The position numbers were made by a program, and so were the translations under genes. 36,851 nucleotides of DNA from Coleofasciculus sp. B1-GNL1-01. GTDB lineage: Bacteria > Cyanobacteriota > Cyanobacteriia > Cyanobacteriales > Coleofasciculaceae. The notes under the pieces were generated by a model. The model did not search any database. It was given only the letters and a program-made list of their open reading frames with translations, and had not been told where the DNA came from. Where the stretch lies: the NCBI GenBank assembly GCA_040220235.1, contig JAVJTO010000121.1; one strand, 5' to 3'. Shown here piece by piece: positions 18,408 through 28,047 of this stretch. Positions within the stretch are counted from its first letter, which is position 1. Each line of letters opens with the position of its first letter.

Positions 18408-19751
18408 ATGACTGGTCAACATTGCCGTGGATTTTTGCGACCTCTGGCTGGCAGAGGTACAGCTAGACATTTATCTCCCTATCCTTTGTCTGAGGATGAG
18501 GAGATGGTGATTGGTCGTGATCCTAGCTGCCAAATTGCCTTAAACCCGAATCAGTATTTAATTGTATCGCGGCGTCATGCTACGATTCGTCCCTGTTCAC
18601 CCTGGAATCAGGGTTGGGAAATTTGTGATCTCAATAGTATTAATGGAACGTATGTTAATGGGTATCCGTTACGGGGATGCTGTCAATTACATGCGGGCGA
18701 TCGCATTGAATTGGGTCAAGATGGTCCTCAGTTTATTTTTGAGTGCCAGTTTAGTCCGTCTCCGTCCCCAGTCTCACCCGTTTCTTCAGCGTCATCGCTG
18801 ACATCTGTCAGTGTAATCGGACATAAAACTCCCGACACGGTTACCTTTAGCCAACTGTTTCCCCTCGCTTCAACGGGACAAGATTTAACCCAAAAGGCAT
18901 TTCTGAGACCCGCCATTCTCACGGTGGTGTTTGTGGTGTTAATGTTTATGGCGGTCGGTCAGGCAATGGTGTTTAATCTGCTATTGGCAACCTATTTAAC
19001 GGGTGCGGCTTCTTATTTTGTCTACCAACTCTGTGGTAAACCAAAACCGTGGTGGGTGTTATTGGGATCTGCGATCGCGACGGGTTTAATTTTAACCAGT
19101 CCGTTGTTACCTCTATCGATTATCGTTTTTCGCGACATCTTACCGGGAAGCTTACCCGAAGAAGGGGAACTGATCAGTTTCACGTCTCTGCTAATCCGCA
19201 TGTTTTTCGGGGCGGGTTTGATGGAGGAATTACTCAAAGCCCTGCCGATTATTGGGGCGTTTTTCTTGGGTAAACTGCTGCGTTCCCCGTGGCGAGAACA
19301 GATTGGCGTCTGGGAACCTCTGGATGGAATTCTCTTAGGTACGGCATCAGGGGTGGGTTTTACCCTGTTGGAAACCTTAGGACAGTATGTTCCGGATATT
19401 ATCGATAACGTCACCTTTCAAGCGGGTCAAGGATCGGCTCAACTGATGGGATTGCAATTACTCATCCCCCGTCTACTGGGTTCAGTGGCTGGACATATTG
19501 CCTATAGTGGCTATTTTGGTTATTTTATCGGCTTAAGCGTTCTCAAACCGCGAAAAGCTTGGCAAATTCTGGCAACGGGTTATCTGTGTGCGGCGATTCT
19601 CCACGCCTTGTGGAATGCTAGTGGGTTTGTCAGTAGTTTATTGTTAGCGGTGGTGGGGATTTTGTCTTATACCTGTTTAGCGGCTGCCATTCTCAAAGCT
19701 AGGGCAATCTCGCCGACGCGATCGCAAAACTTCGCCACCCGTTTATTTTAA
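18408..19751 (+). CDS. FHA domain + PrsW-family intramembrane protease
   Basis: FHA motifs IGRDP, VSRRHA, DLNSINGTYVNG; PrsW motifs MEELLKA, GFTLLET, GHIAYSG, LHALWN. Confidence 0.9.
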   Translation: MTGQHCRGFLRPLAGRGTARHLSPYPLSEDEEMVIGRDPSCQIALNPNQYLIVSRRHATIRPCSPWNQGWEICDLNSINGTYVNGYPLRGCCQLHAGDRIELGQDGPQFIFECQFSPSPSPVSPVSSASSLTSVSVIGHKTPDTVTFSQLFPLASTGQDLTQKAFLRPAILTVVFVVLMFMAVGQAMVFNLLLATYLTGAASYFVYQLCGKPKPWWVLLGSAIATGLILTSPLLPLSIIVFRDILPGSLPEEGELISFTSLLIRMFFGAGLMEELLKALPIIGAFFLGKLLRSPWREQIGVWEPLDGILLGTASGVGFTLLETLGQYVPDIIDNVTFQAGQGSAQLMGLQLLIPRLLGSVAGHIAYSGYFGYFIGLSVLKPRKAWQILATGYLCAAILHALWNASGFVSSLLLAVVGILSYTCLAAAILKARAISPTRSQNFATRLF

Positions 19752-19753
19752 CG

Positions 19754-19806
19754 ATAAAAATCCTCTACTCACTCTAAACATAAGCCAGAGAGCAGAGGAT
19801 TTTTAT
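19754..19806. terminator. Bidirectional terminator-like hairpin
   Basis: ataaaaatcctct...agaggatttttat directly after the prsW-like stop, between convergent genes. Confidence 0.6.
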
Positions 19807-20012
19807 ATCGGAGCGATTGACCAAGGAATGTTGATTGTTTTATGCCAGAGCCAATATTCCTTTTGCCAGTCAATGTCTTACGCTTTGATGAAACCAATTA
19901 ACCTGTATTCTCAAGTGCTAACTCAACACACTTATGCTTTGGAGAACCTTATGCACTGATGAACGATTTCTGCTTTTCTCCCGGAGAATGCAGGTTTAGT
20001 CAGCTTTTGTGT

Positions 20013-20531
20013 TTATTCTAAATTGAGAGTCCAAGACTCTAGTGAACCGGAGTCACCCGCAGAGCAATCATTAATAATCAGTTGCCAAGTACCAGCAGAT
20101 GGGCGTCCTTCAAATACAGACAAAGGCTGAGTTGCACAATAGTTACCACTGGGAATCACCGCATGAGACGCCGCTACGGAGTCAAAGCTATGGGAATAGT
20201 TATCGTTAAAGCTGTAATCCCCATTTAAATCATTGCTATAGCCACTGGTCGAAAATTGCGGTTGTCCGGGACGCCGGAATAAGTCAACCACAACCCCGCT
20301 TTCGACATGACGTAACTGGGCAATCAAGTCGCCCACCCAAGTATGTTCTAAGTTCTTCAGCGTGACGGTGACGTTACGAATCGCGATATTTTCCGTCACC
20401 ACAATCTCATCTTGAAAACTAGCCACTCCATCGGGAATGTTGCCACCACCACCGCAATAGGTGGAGTTCGCAGATGTGGCAATTTTAGCGTCTACAGTGG
20501 CAGTTGAGGTACGGTTCATTAGTTTAGACAT
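20013..20531 (-). CDS. Stand-alone proprotein convertase P-domain protein
   Basis: NIPD, VTVTLKNLEHTWVGDL, GTWQLIINDCSAGDSGSLESWTL. Confidence 0.85.
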   Translation of the reverse strand: MSKLMNRTSTATVDAKIATSANSTYCGGGGNIPDGVASFQDEIVVTENIAIRNVTVTLKNLEHTWVGDLIAQLRHVESGVVVDLFRRPGQPQFSTSGYSNDLNGDYSFNDNYSHSFDSVAASHAVIPSGNYCATQPLSVFEGRPSAGTWQLIINDCSAGDSGSLESWTLNLE

Positions 20532-21118
20532 AGGTTATAACTCCAAAACATGATTAAGTTGACAAAAGGTAAAACTCCGCTAGCGATCGCGAACTCATAA
20601 TGTTAATAAACTTTGCGCTTTGTTACGCACTGTTAATGCACCCTTAATTTTTTCTAATTTCGCGACCATTCAATAATCTCCTCTTAATTAATAATGGCAT
20701 CAGTTTGGCGTTTCTATCTAGTCCTTCTGGGGATCTTTACTGAAAAAAAACAATTTAATGGATACTAAACTGATATATCGATTTCCTGTATTCCTTGCCT
20801 GACCAGCGATTCAGGCTTAAGCGGTCAATATTATTGTCCCCATGTTTATGTGAATTTAATATAAAATTACATCCTCTATAACTTTGATTAATCTCTGGCG
20901 AGAGATTAAAAATCTTGTTCAAAAAACTGGGAATTGCTCCGCGAAGCCCTGACAAAAAACTGAGCCTGTACGCTGACAGAAGGATTCAGGCTACCCATTT
21001 TGAACTCAACCCGCTTAAAAGGATTAAGTTTAAAGCTTTATCGTGTAAATTTAGTTTCTTTTTAGTAAAGATTTGTTGCATAATTAACTAAAAAATTTTT
21101 GGGCAATCAATCCAAGAT

Positions 21119-21286
21119 CTAGCAAAAGGAAGGCAGAAGGCTCCAGGGCAGACTTCGGCGTGAGCGCGACTCAACTGAGCGGAGCGATCGCCGAACGTCT
21201 CAGTCGAACGCGGGCAGAAGATTTATTACTGCGATAGGGTCGTTTTAGCTGTTAAATCTGCCCTAACCTTTATGACAAAAGCTATA
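21119..21286. mobile_element. Degenerate MITE-like element with embedded short dispersed repeat
   Basis: Right end tgccctaacctttatgacaaaagctata (rc tatagc...ggttagggca) resembles the 4975 element; inside is ttcggcgtgagcg...tcagtcgaacg with a HIP1 site. Confidence 0.45.
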
Positions 21287-21573
21287 TTTATCTCTTGACA
21301 GATTAACTTGTTTCTGATTCTCAAAAAACTACACTCTGCCCGTCGGGTTCGTGCAGGTAATTGACTATCCTCAGATTCTGAAACCTTGTTTCTGTCATAC
21401 AGCGTATGACGTTGTTACACTATGTTGAATGATATGGCAATCGGTTCGCTTTGGCAAGCACTTAGCTGGATTAATTTTGGTTAATTTTGTAAAGATTTAT
21501 TAATTAGGCTTTGCTATATTGCGGATTTGGCACTTCCCGCCCATAGCTAGGCTATGGACGAGGATACCTTCGG

Positions 21574-22290
21574 TTATTCAGCCGTAGCCAGTTCTGTGCT
21601 ACCACCACTCCGACGACGGGTTAGGGTGTTGAAAAGCATCTGACCAATGGCTTTAATCAGATTCCCTTCTAATTCCTGGAACAGCTTCATATTCATGCCA
21701 AATGCCGCATTTGCCTCATCAACAATCCGTTCGGCGGTGGCGTCATCAATGGGGAGTTCATTCAAGGCTTGGCGATACTCGGCTTTGAACGCTTTTTCGT
21801 CAGGAATATCTTTAAACTCGTAAAAGGCTGTACCTTCACCCTCAGATAAATTCATCGCCCGTTGAGCAATCTTTTTCAGGATTTGCCCCCCGGATAAATC
21901 GCCCAGATAGCGCGTGTAGCAATGAGCGACTAAGAGTTCGGGTTCAGAGGCGGACACGTCGCGAATTCGCTGCACGTAGTCTTTCCCGGCGGCTGAAGGC
22001 GCTACTTGTTCGCGCCAGTTGGCACCGTAGTAATAGTGCAAGTCTTGCTCTAGACTTTTCTGGCGATTGAGTTGGGGAAAGTAGAGTTTTGAGAGAACTG
22101 GATGTTGGCGATGGCGCTCCATTTCTTCTTCCATCGCACTATAGACGAAGTAGAGATTGGCGACAAGTTTCCGGTAGGAGTTTTTTTCAACGACGCCTTT
22201 TAAAAAACATTTGACAAATCCCACGTTTTCTGCCATGGTGTGGGCTTTTTTGGTGCCCTCACGCAACTGGGTGGCTAGATTGGTACTCAT
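21574..22290 (-). CDS. ho1: Heme oxygenase (ferredoxin-dependent, phycobilin synthesis)
   Basis: LREGTKKAHTMAENVGFVKCFLKG, AHCYTRYLGDLSGGQIL, EANAAFGMN. Confidence 0.96.
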   Translation of the reverse strand: MSTNLATQLREGTKKAHTMAENVGFVKCFLKGVVEKNSYRKLVANLYFVYSAMEEEMERHRQHPVLSKLYFPQLNRQKSLEQDLHYYYGANWREQVAPSAAGKDYVQRIRDVSASEPELLVAHCYTRYLGDLSGGQILKKIAQRAMNLSEGEGTAFYEFKDIPDEKAFKAEYRQALNELPIDDATAERIVDEANAAFGMNMKLFQELEGNLIKAIGQMLFNTLTRRRSGGSTELATAE

Positions 22291-22414
22291 GTTAAATTTC
22301 CTATACCTAAGGTTAACGACTTGTGTATTTTTACGTCCAAAACGGATTCAAAACTGTCCCAAAGGCTTAGGTTAAACTGATATGATGAAAATTTATATTA
22401 AAAATTGTGAAGTT

Positions 22415-22442
22415 TTGGTCATTGGTCATTGGTCATTGGTCA
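22415..22442. repeat. (TTGGTCA)4 heptamer tandem repeat (STRR2-type)
   Basis: ttggtcattggtcattggtcattggtca. Confidence 0.85.
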
Positions 22443-22445
22443 AGT

Positions 22446-22583
22446 CGGGGCGGGTTTATTTACATCTGGGTGTAACCGAAAAGATAGTAGTGAAACCCGC
22501 CCCTACACAATTTGCCCCATCTGACACACCGAGCGAAGTCGAGGTGTTCCCCATCTCCCCCATCTTCCCCATCTCCCCTCTCC
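22446..22583. repeat. REP-like element, short palindrome and C-rich tandem repeat
   Basis: ggggcgggttt...aaacccgcccctac; caccgagcgaagtcgaggtg; ccccatct(c/t) repeats. Confidence 0.65.
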
Positions 22584-22593
22584 TGCTATAGCC

Positions 22594-23835
22594 TCAATCC
22601 TGCAAGATTGTTTTAGACACAATCCGAGTTTTCTTGCGATCGGCGTCTGAGAGTTCTTCCCCAGATTGCAAACGAGTCGCGTTAGTTTGCAGCACCGTGG
22701 CGGCACTTTGGTCTCCCATTTGGATCGCCGTATTAGCCGCCGTTTGTAACATTGTGGCAGCGCCAGAGCGATCGCCTGTTTGCAGTTTAGCTTCGGCTAT
22801 TTGAGTTTGCCTGTATTTGGCTAATGCCAGAATCGATTGTTGGACTTTCGTATTGGGAGACGGTTGATAGGTACTCTGAACATTAATCTCCACTGGAACT
22901 TGTTCCGACTTTAACCCCTCTTCCCCCGTAGCCGGGTCATCATAGAGTACTTGCAGCTTCGCGATCGCCTGATACCCTGGAGACAGTTGTCCCATATACA
23001 GATTTGCCAGAATCACCCGTTCGGCATCCGTCATCAAATCACCCAAGCGGACGACAAATTGGTCGCCTTGGGGTTGCAGGGGGAGTTCAATCGTATCTGG
23101 GGCGACTTGAGCGATGGGTTTGAATTCGGCAAACCGCACACCATCCATTAATTCACATAATAAGTAAGCATTAGTCAAGCCAACGGCTTGGATACGGTTA
23201 AACAAGCGTCCAAACTCCTGTACGGCTTGCTCCGGCTGTTCAATATAACAAAGCGTACCACTGCCCGAATCGGCAATTTTTTCTAGCACATCTTGGTTCC
23301 AACTTGCCCCAAATCCTAGGGTATTGATCGTCAGCTTATGCTCAACCGCGAAGTGGGCTAATTTTAAGCAGCGCTCATTGTCTCCATGTTCATTTTCGCC
23401 ATCCGTGAGCAAAAACACTTGAGACACGGCGTCAGCTTTTCCCTTGGCTACTTCTTCAATCCCCAGTTTCAACCCCTCATCAATCGCCGTTCCCCCATCG
23501 GCAGACAGTTGGCGGATTTGCGATTTAATCGTGTTCAGATTATCGATCGCTTGATTGGGAACCAACACTTTGGCACGATGATCAAAGGCAATCACAGATA
23601 TGCGATCGCCCTCCTTGAGTCGTTCAATCAGTTGCATCGCCGCTTTTTTCACCGTTTCCAGTGGACGCCCATGCATTGACCCACTGTGGTCGAGAATTAA
23701 GCATAAATTCAACGGTAGTGACTGATCCTGGGATTGGGTAATTGCCCGAATCGCGATCGATAACTGACGCTGGGAACTGGGTTGATTGGCATCCAGATTA
23801 GTATCGCTGAGGGCAGGGTGTAAACCAACTTTCAT
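22594..23835 (-). CDS. VWA domain protein (YfbK/Ca-activated chloride channel homolog type)
   Basis: PLNLCLILDHSGSM, GGTAI, LLTDGEN, LGFG..WNQDVLE. Confidence 0.9.
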   Translation of the reverse strand: MKVGLHPALSDTNLDANQPSSQRQLSIAIRAITQSQDQSLPLNLCLILDHSGSMHGRPLETVKKAAMQLIERLKEGDRISVIAFDHRAKVLVPNQAIDNLNTIKSQIRQLSADGGTAIDEGLKLGIEEVAKGKADAVSQVFLLTDGENEHGDNERCLKLAHFAVEHKLTINTLGFGASWNQDVLEKIADSGSGTLCYIEQPEQAVQEFGRLFNRIQAVGLTNAYLLCELMDGVRFAEFKPIAQVAPDTIELPLQPQGDQFVVRLGDLMTDAERVILANLYMGQLSPGYQAIAKLQVLYDDPATGEEGLKSEQVPVEINVQSTYQPSPNTKVQQSILALAKYRQTQIAEAKLQTGDRSGAATMLQTAANTAIQMGDQSAATVLQTNATRLQSGEELSDADRKKTRIVSKTILQD

Positions 23836-24112
23836 ATCTCAAACTCCTAAGCCAGTGAAAAGATGTAATTATAGTAACCTTCGTGTAATACATAAGTACT
23901 GATGAATGGCTGAGGTTGCTTATGGTACACCCTGAATCACAATCAATGCAAAGAACCACCCCAAACCACTTGATTTCGCCACAAAGGAGTCGCACCAACA
24001 CTTACGTTTTGAGACTTGCCTCTCTCAATCCCCACCATGTAAGACGGTGGGGTCGTTGAAAAGCACGCTACTATGTTTTAAAGATAGCGCCATTATTGCA
24101 TTCCCAAGGATC

Positions 24113-24769
24113 ATGAAACGACCGATTCAGGCAGTTCAATCAACTTACTATGGTCGGCAAAACTACCGCACCCCGCCACCTGATTTACCGTCACTGCTCC
24201 TCAATGAGCGGATTGTCTATCTAGGTTTGCCCTTGGTGCCACAGGTTACCGAATTGATTGTGGCAGAACTTTTGTATTTGCAGTACGACAATCCCGACAA
24301 GCCGATTAAAATCTACATTAATTCCACAGGAACCTCCCGTTACGATGGTGAACCGATTGGCTTTGAAACCGAAGCCTTTGCCATCTGTGACACGATGAAT
24401 TACATTCAACCCCCCATCCATACCATTTGTATTGGTTCGGCAATGGGGATGGCGGCGATGCTGCTGTCAGCGGGGACAAAAGGCTGTCGGGCAAGTTTAC
24501 CCAATGCCTCAATTGTGCTGCACCAACCCAAGAGTTATGCAAGGGGTCAAGCCACGGATATCCAAATTCGGGCGAAGGAAGTGCTAGCCAATAAGATCAC
24601 CATGATGGATATTTTGGCAAACAATACGGGTCAATCTGCCGAAAAGATTACCAAGGATATGGAGCGGATGTTGTACATGACACCTTATGAGGCAAAAGAG
24701 TATGGCTTGATTGATCGGGTGTTAGAGAGTGATGAGGTTCCGGCTGCTATCGCCGCCAGTGCGTCTTAG
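24113..24769 (+). CDS. clpR: Clp protease non-catalytic subunit ClpR
   Basis: RTPPPDLPSLLLNERIVYLG, YINSTGT, ETEAFAI; catalytic Ser replaced (GSAMGMAA); directly upstream of clpP; ATG at 24113. Confidence 0.9.
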   Translation: MKRPIQAVQSTYYGRQNYRTPPPDLPSLLLNERIVYLGLPLVPQVTELIVAELLYLQYDNPDKPIKIYINSTGTSRYDGEPIGFETEAFAICDTMNYIQPPIHTICIGSAMGMAAMLLSAGTKGCRASLPNASIVLHQPKSYARGQATDIQIRAKEVLANKITMMDILANNTGQSAEKITKDMERMLYMTPYEAKEYGLIDRVLESDEVPAAIAASAS

Positions 24770-24894
24770 TGCTTACATTTGATACTCAAAGGTCAGTCGT
24801 TGGGGTTCAGCTTCGGTAAACTATCTAGTCTCATGTCTAAACCCTTGCCAACTACAAATAAAGATGCGCTATGGCACGTCTCTACAATTTGATC

Positions 24895-24957
24895 AGGGCG
24901 GGTTTAGTCCAATCTAGGTGAACAGAAGAAACGATAGTTGTGAAACCCGCTCTTACA
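24895..24957. repeat. REP-like element in the clpR-clpP spacer
   Basis: gggcgggtttag...tgaaacccgctcttac. Confidence 0.65.
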
Positions 24958-24994
24958 GACCATTCAAAGCGTTTTCTAGAATTCGGAGTAAATT

Positions 24995-25591
24995 ATGCCT
25001 ATTGGTGTCCCCAAGGTTCCTTATCAACTTCCTGGTTCTCCTTACAGCGATTGGATTGACATCTACAATCGCCTCTACCGAGAACGGATTATTTTTCTGG
25101 GTAAAGAAGTCGATGATGAGATTACTAACCAGATCATCGCGGTAATGCTTTACCTGGATTCAGAAGATCAAAACAAAGATATTTATCTGTACATCAATTC
25201 TCCCGGTGGTTCAGTTACCGCAGGCATGGCGATTTATGACACCATGCAGCATATTAAGTCGGATGTGGTGACTATCTGTGTCGGTTTAGCGGCGTCGATG
25301 GGATCGTTCCTGCTGGCGGCGGGGAAGCAGGGGAAACGGTTAGCGTTACCCCACTCCCGGATTATGATTCACCAACCCTCTGGCGGTGTGCGCGGGCAAG
25401 CGACAGATATTGAGATTGAAGCCAGGGAGATTTTGCGAATCCGGCGTCAACTCAACCAAATCTACGCGGATAAGACGGGTCAAACGGTTGAGAAGATTGA
25501 AAAAGATATCGATCGCGACTTTTTCATGTCCGCGCAAGAGGCGAAGGAGTACGGACTGATTGACCGGGTGATTGAAGACAGAGCAGGCTAA
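24995..25591 (+). CDS. clpP: ATP-dependent Clp protease proteolytic subunit (ClpP3-type)
   Basis: [26 protein letters not shown] (catalytic Ser), MIHQP, DRDFFM. Confidence 0.96.
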   Translation: MPIGVPKVPYQLPGSPYSDWIDIYNRLYRERIIFLGKEVDDEITNQIIAVMLYLDSEDQNKDIYLYINSPGGSVTAGMAIYDTMQHIKSDVVTICVGLAASMGSFLLAAGKQGKRLALPHSRIMIHQPSGGVRGQATDIEIEAREILRIRRQLNQIYADKTGQTVEKIEKDIDRDFFMSAQEAKEYGLIDRVIEDRAG

Positions 25592-25657
25592 GATAGACAG
25601 AATCGGTGGGGCAGTTCTAAAATACTGCCTCTACCCCTATCAGTGCTTGTCCTTGAG

Positions 25658-26236
25658 ATGAATCTGGCGGATTGTTATCGATTGTTAGGTTTAAGCGATG
25701 GCGCCTCTCGATCAGAGATTAAGGCATCGTATCGGCGTTTAGCACGCCAGTGTCATCCGGATGTCAATGTCGGTGACGGGCTGGCTCAAACCAAGTTTAT
25801 TGAGTTGACACAGGCGTATAAGCTGCTGCTGAATGCGATTAAACCGTCTGGGACAACTCACTCGGTTGAGGATTCCCAGACGGTTACGGTAACCAAGCAG
25901 CCGCCAGCCAAACCTCCCTCCATTCCTCCCCTATCAGAGATAGAATATCAGCTCAAATGGACATCCTACGAGCGTTTACAAGAATTACTTAAAGAACAAC
26001 GATTTGCCCGTGCGATCGCGCTGGTGGAGGGGTTAGCGCAACGGATTCCCCAAGATCCAGAGGTGCGACAGTGGCAAGCGATTACCTATCAATGTTGGGG
26101 ACGGTATTTGGTGAAGGATGGGCAATTGGATAAAGCCCGAATTTATTTGAAGAAAGCGTTGAAAACTGACCCCCATAATCGTTCTCTTTGGGCAGAAGTC
26201 GAACTCGATTTTCGCCGCATGGAACAGATGGTTTAG
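25658..26236 (+). CDS. J-domain protein with C-terminal TPR
   Basis: YRLLGL...IKASYRRLARQCHPD...AYKLL; C-terminal ARIYLKKALKTDPHN. Confidence 0.88.
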   Translation: MNLADCYRLLGLSDGASRSEIKASYRRLARQCHPDVNVGDGLAQTKFIELTQAYKLLLNAIKPSGTTHSVEDSQTVTVTKQPPAKPPSIPPLSEIEYQLKWTSYERLQELLKEQRFARAIALVEGLAQRIPQDPEVRQWQAITYQCWGRYLVKDGQLDKARIYLKKALKTDPHNRSLWAEVELDFRRMEQMV

Positions 26237-26364
26237 CGATACTTAAAAACAGTCACAGATTTTTTGGGTATGGAGTGCGATCGCTCTTTTTTTGGTATAC
26301 TTTTATCATGGGAAAATGTGCCGACCTATAGACTCGATTATCACTTCAAAGTTTAATCCTCACT

Positions 26365-26427
26365 GTAGGGGCGACCCGCTTGCATCAATCAATAATTGTG
26401 TCCGTTCAATTTGATCGGGTCGCCCTT
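26365..26427. repeat. REP-like element
   Basis: gtaggggcgacccg...cgggtcgccc. Confidence 0.65.
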
Positions 26428-26656
26428 TATAATCATGTCCTGAGGATTGCCGATAATTGCAATCCTGTAATAACCAGGGTTTCAGGCATTTTTCTTCAGG
26501 GGGGTTTGACCTGACATGATCTTACTCAATCCCCGGATTGGGGAAGATTACGAAATTTAAAAGAAATTGACGAATTATTAGTGAAAGGATAAATTAGATT
26601 TTTGTCCTAGCAAAACTTAAGATAGACTTGAAACAGCTACCCTAGAGGAGCGTTAA

Positions 26657-27136
26657 ATGTTTCGTTTTTATGCCGTTGCATCAACGTTAACCCTAGCCAG
26701 TGCTATGGGGTTGAGTTCTGAAGCGCTGGCTCAATCCGTTGATATTCCATTTACAGCTAGTGTTCCCATTGAAGTCACCTTTGATCAGGTTGTCTTGGGT
26801 ACGGTGGAAACAACGGCTAGCGGTGGTTCAGCTCAACTGCCTAATGTTATAGAATCTGTCAATCCAGCAACGGTGACATTACAGTCTAATACCTCTGCTA
26901 CACTCACAGTTTCACCGCCGAGTTTCATCTCTGGGTCAACACCTGATCCAGATGGGACAACATACATCACGTTTGTTACGGTGGGGACACAACAGGTGAC
27001 GGCGGATACGGCGGATGTGACGGTGAATCTTCCGGTGGGAATTAGTGATTTAGAAGTCGATATGCGTGTGGAAAGACCTGTACCCTTTCCGGCGGGAACG
27101 TACAACTATGCGGTGACGCTGACGGTTATCCCTTAA
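26657..27136 (+). CDS. Secreted pilin-like subunit 1 (chaperone-usher type, putative)
   Basis: SD GAGGAG; Sec signal ...SEALA/QSVDIPF; beta-rich; C-terminal PAGTYNYAVTLTVIP. Confidence 0.7.
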   Translation: MFRFYAVASTLTLASAMGLSSEALAQSVDIPFTASVPIEVTFDQVVLGTVETTASGGSAQLPNVIESVNPATVTLQSNTSATLTVSPPSFISGSTPDPDGTTYITFVTVGTQQVTADTADVTVNLPVGISDLEVDMRVERPVPFPAGTYNYAVTLTVIP

Positions 27137-27188
27137 CTCGTCTATCGATAATTGGTTCTTATGTGCATATACCTTTGAGGAGGTTTCT

Positions 27189-27716
27189 ATGATTGGTCGT
27201 TTAGTTGTAACATCCGGACTCGTTGTAGCGGGTGTTGTAGCGTTCAGTCCGAACGTGTTAGCGCAATCCGTTGATGTTCCATTTGAAGCGAATGTTGGTG
27301 AGCGTTGTAGTTTTGCTACTCCAGTTCCAGGAACGCTAGTGTACGAACCAGGACAACCTTTTATCACCTCTGATGCGCCTGGAGGTATCTCAGGTACGGT
27401 TGAAGTTTCCTGTAATACAACAGCAGATCTAGAAATTACTGATGCACGCTTCGTGTCCTTTACTCCCGCTGATCCGAATGCTCCTCCTATTACCTCTTTC
27501 CCCAGTCAACAATTGGATGCGATAGCAACAGTAGCAGGTAGCTTTAATCCATCAACAGCTACTTACAGCGGTCCGTCTGAAGGTGGAGGATTTCCAGGTG
27601 GCTCGTTATTGTTAGATCCGATTAACCAAACCGTAGAAGTTGATCTGGCGGTAGACTCAGGAGTTCCTTTAGCAGGTATCTATCAATATACGGTCACCTT
27701 AACAATTGTGCCGTAG
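27189..27716 (+). CDS. Secreted pilin-like subunit 2 (paralog, with Cys pair)
   Basis: SD GAGGAGG; signal ...NVLA/QSVDVPF; ERCSF...EVSCN; C-terminal LAGIYQYTVTLTIVP. Confidence 0.7.
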   Translation: MIGRLVVTSGLVVAGVVAFSPNVLAQSVDVPFEANVGERCSFATPVPGTLVYEPGQPFITSDAPGGISGTVEVSCNTTADLEITDARFVSFTPADPNAPPITSFPSQQLDAIATVAGSFNPSTATYSGPSEGGGFPGGSLLLDPINQTVEVDLAVDSGVPLAGIYQYTVTLTIVP

Positions 27717-27723
27717 GAGGTTC

Positions 27724-28023
27724 GTAGTAAGGGAACCTTAGCCTTGATCCAAGGCTGCCAGAAGCCCCCAACTCTAGCCAAATCAGGTTAGTTAGGCAGA
27801 ATCTAAAACAGGGCGAGTCGAGTGCATTGTTTGTAGTAAGGGAACCTTAGCCTTTATCAAATTCCGCCAGAAGACCCCAACTTTAGCCAAATCCGGGTTA
27901 GTTAAGCAGAATCTAAAACAGGGCGAGTCGTTCATTGTTTGGTTGTCCCGTTTACCTTAGCAGGGCGAGTCGAGTTCATTAATCGGTTGTCCCCTTTACG
28001 CTAGTGCAGCGACTCGCCCCTAC
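27724..28023. repeat. About 109-bp tandem duplication plus REP-derived arms
   Basis: gtagtaagggaaccttagcctt starts at 27724 and 27833; agggcgagtcg occurs three times, with the inverse cgactcgcccctac at about 28010. Confidence 0.8.
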
Positions 28024-28047
28024 CCCCTACCCTTCCCTGATACAGCT

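Noticed and set aside
22382..22706. ORFs 22382+ and 22503-
   Set aside because: Composed of STRR/REP repeats or overlapping the VWA gene end.
23860..23900. NtcA-like sites between the VWA gene and clpR
   Set aside because: Only GTA-N8-AAC or GTA-N9-TAC variants; no convincing consensus with a correctly spaced -10.
27724..28023. Possible CRISPR array
   Set aside because: Long imperfect tandem duplication with no unique spacers and no cas genes.
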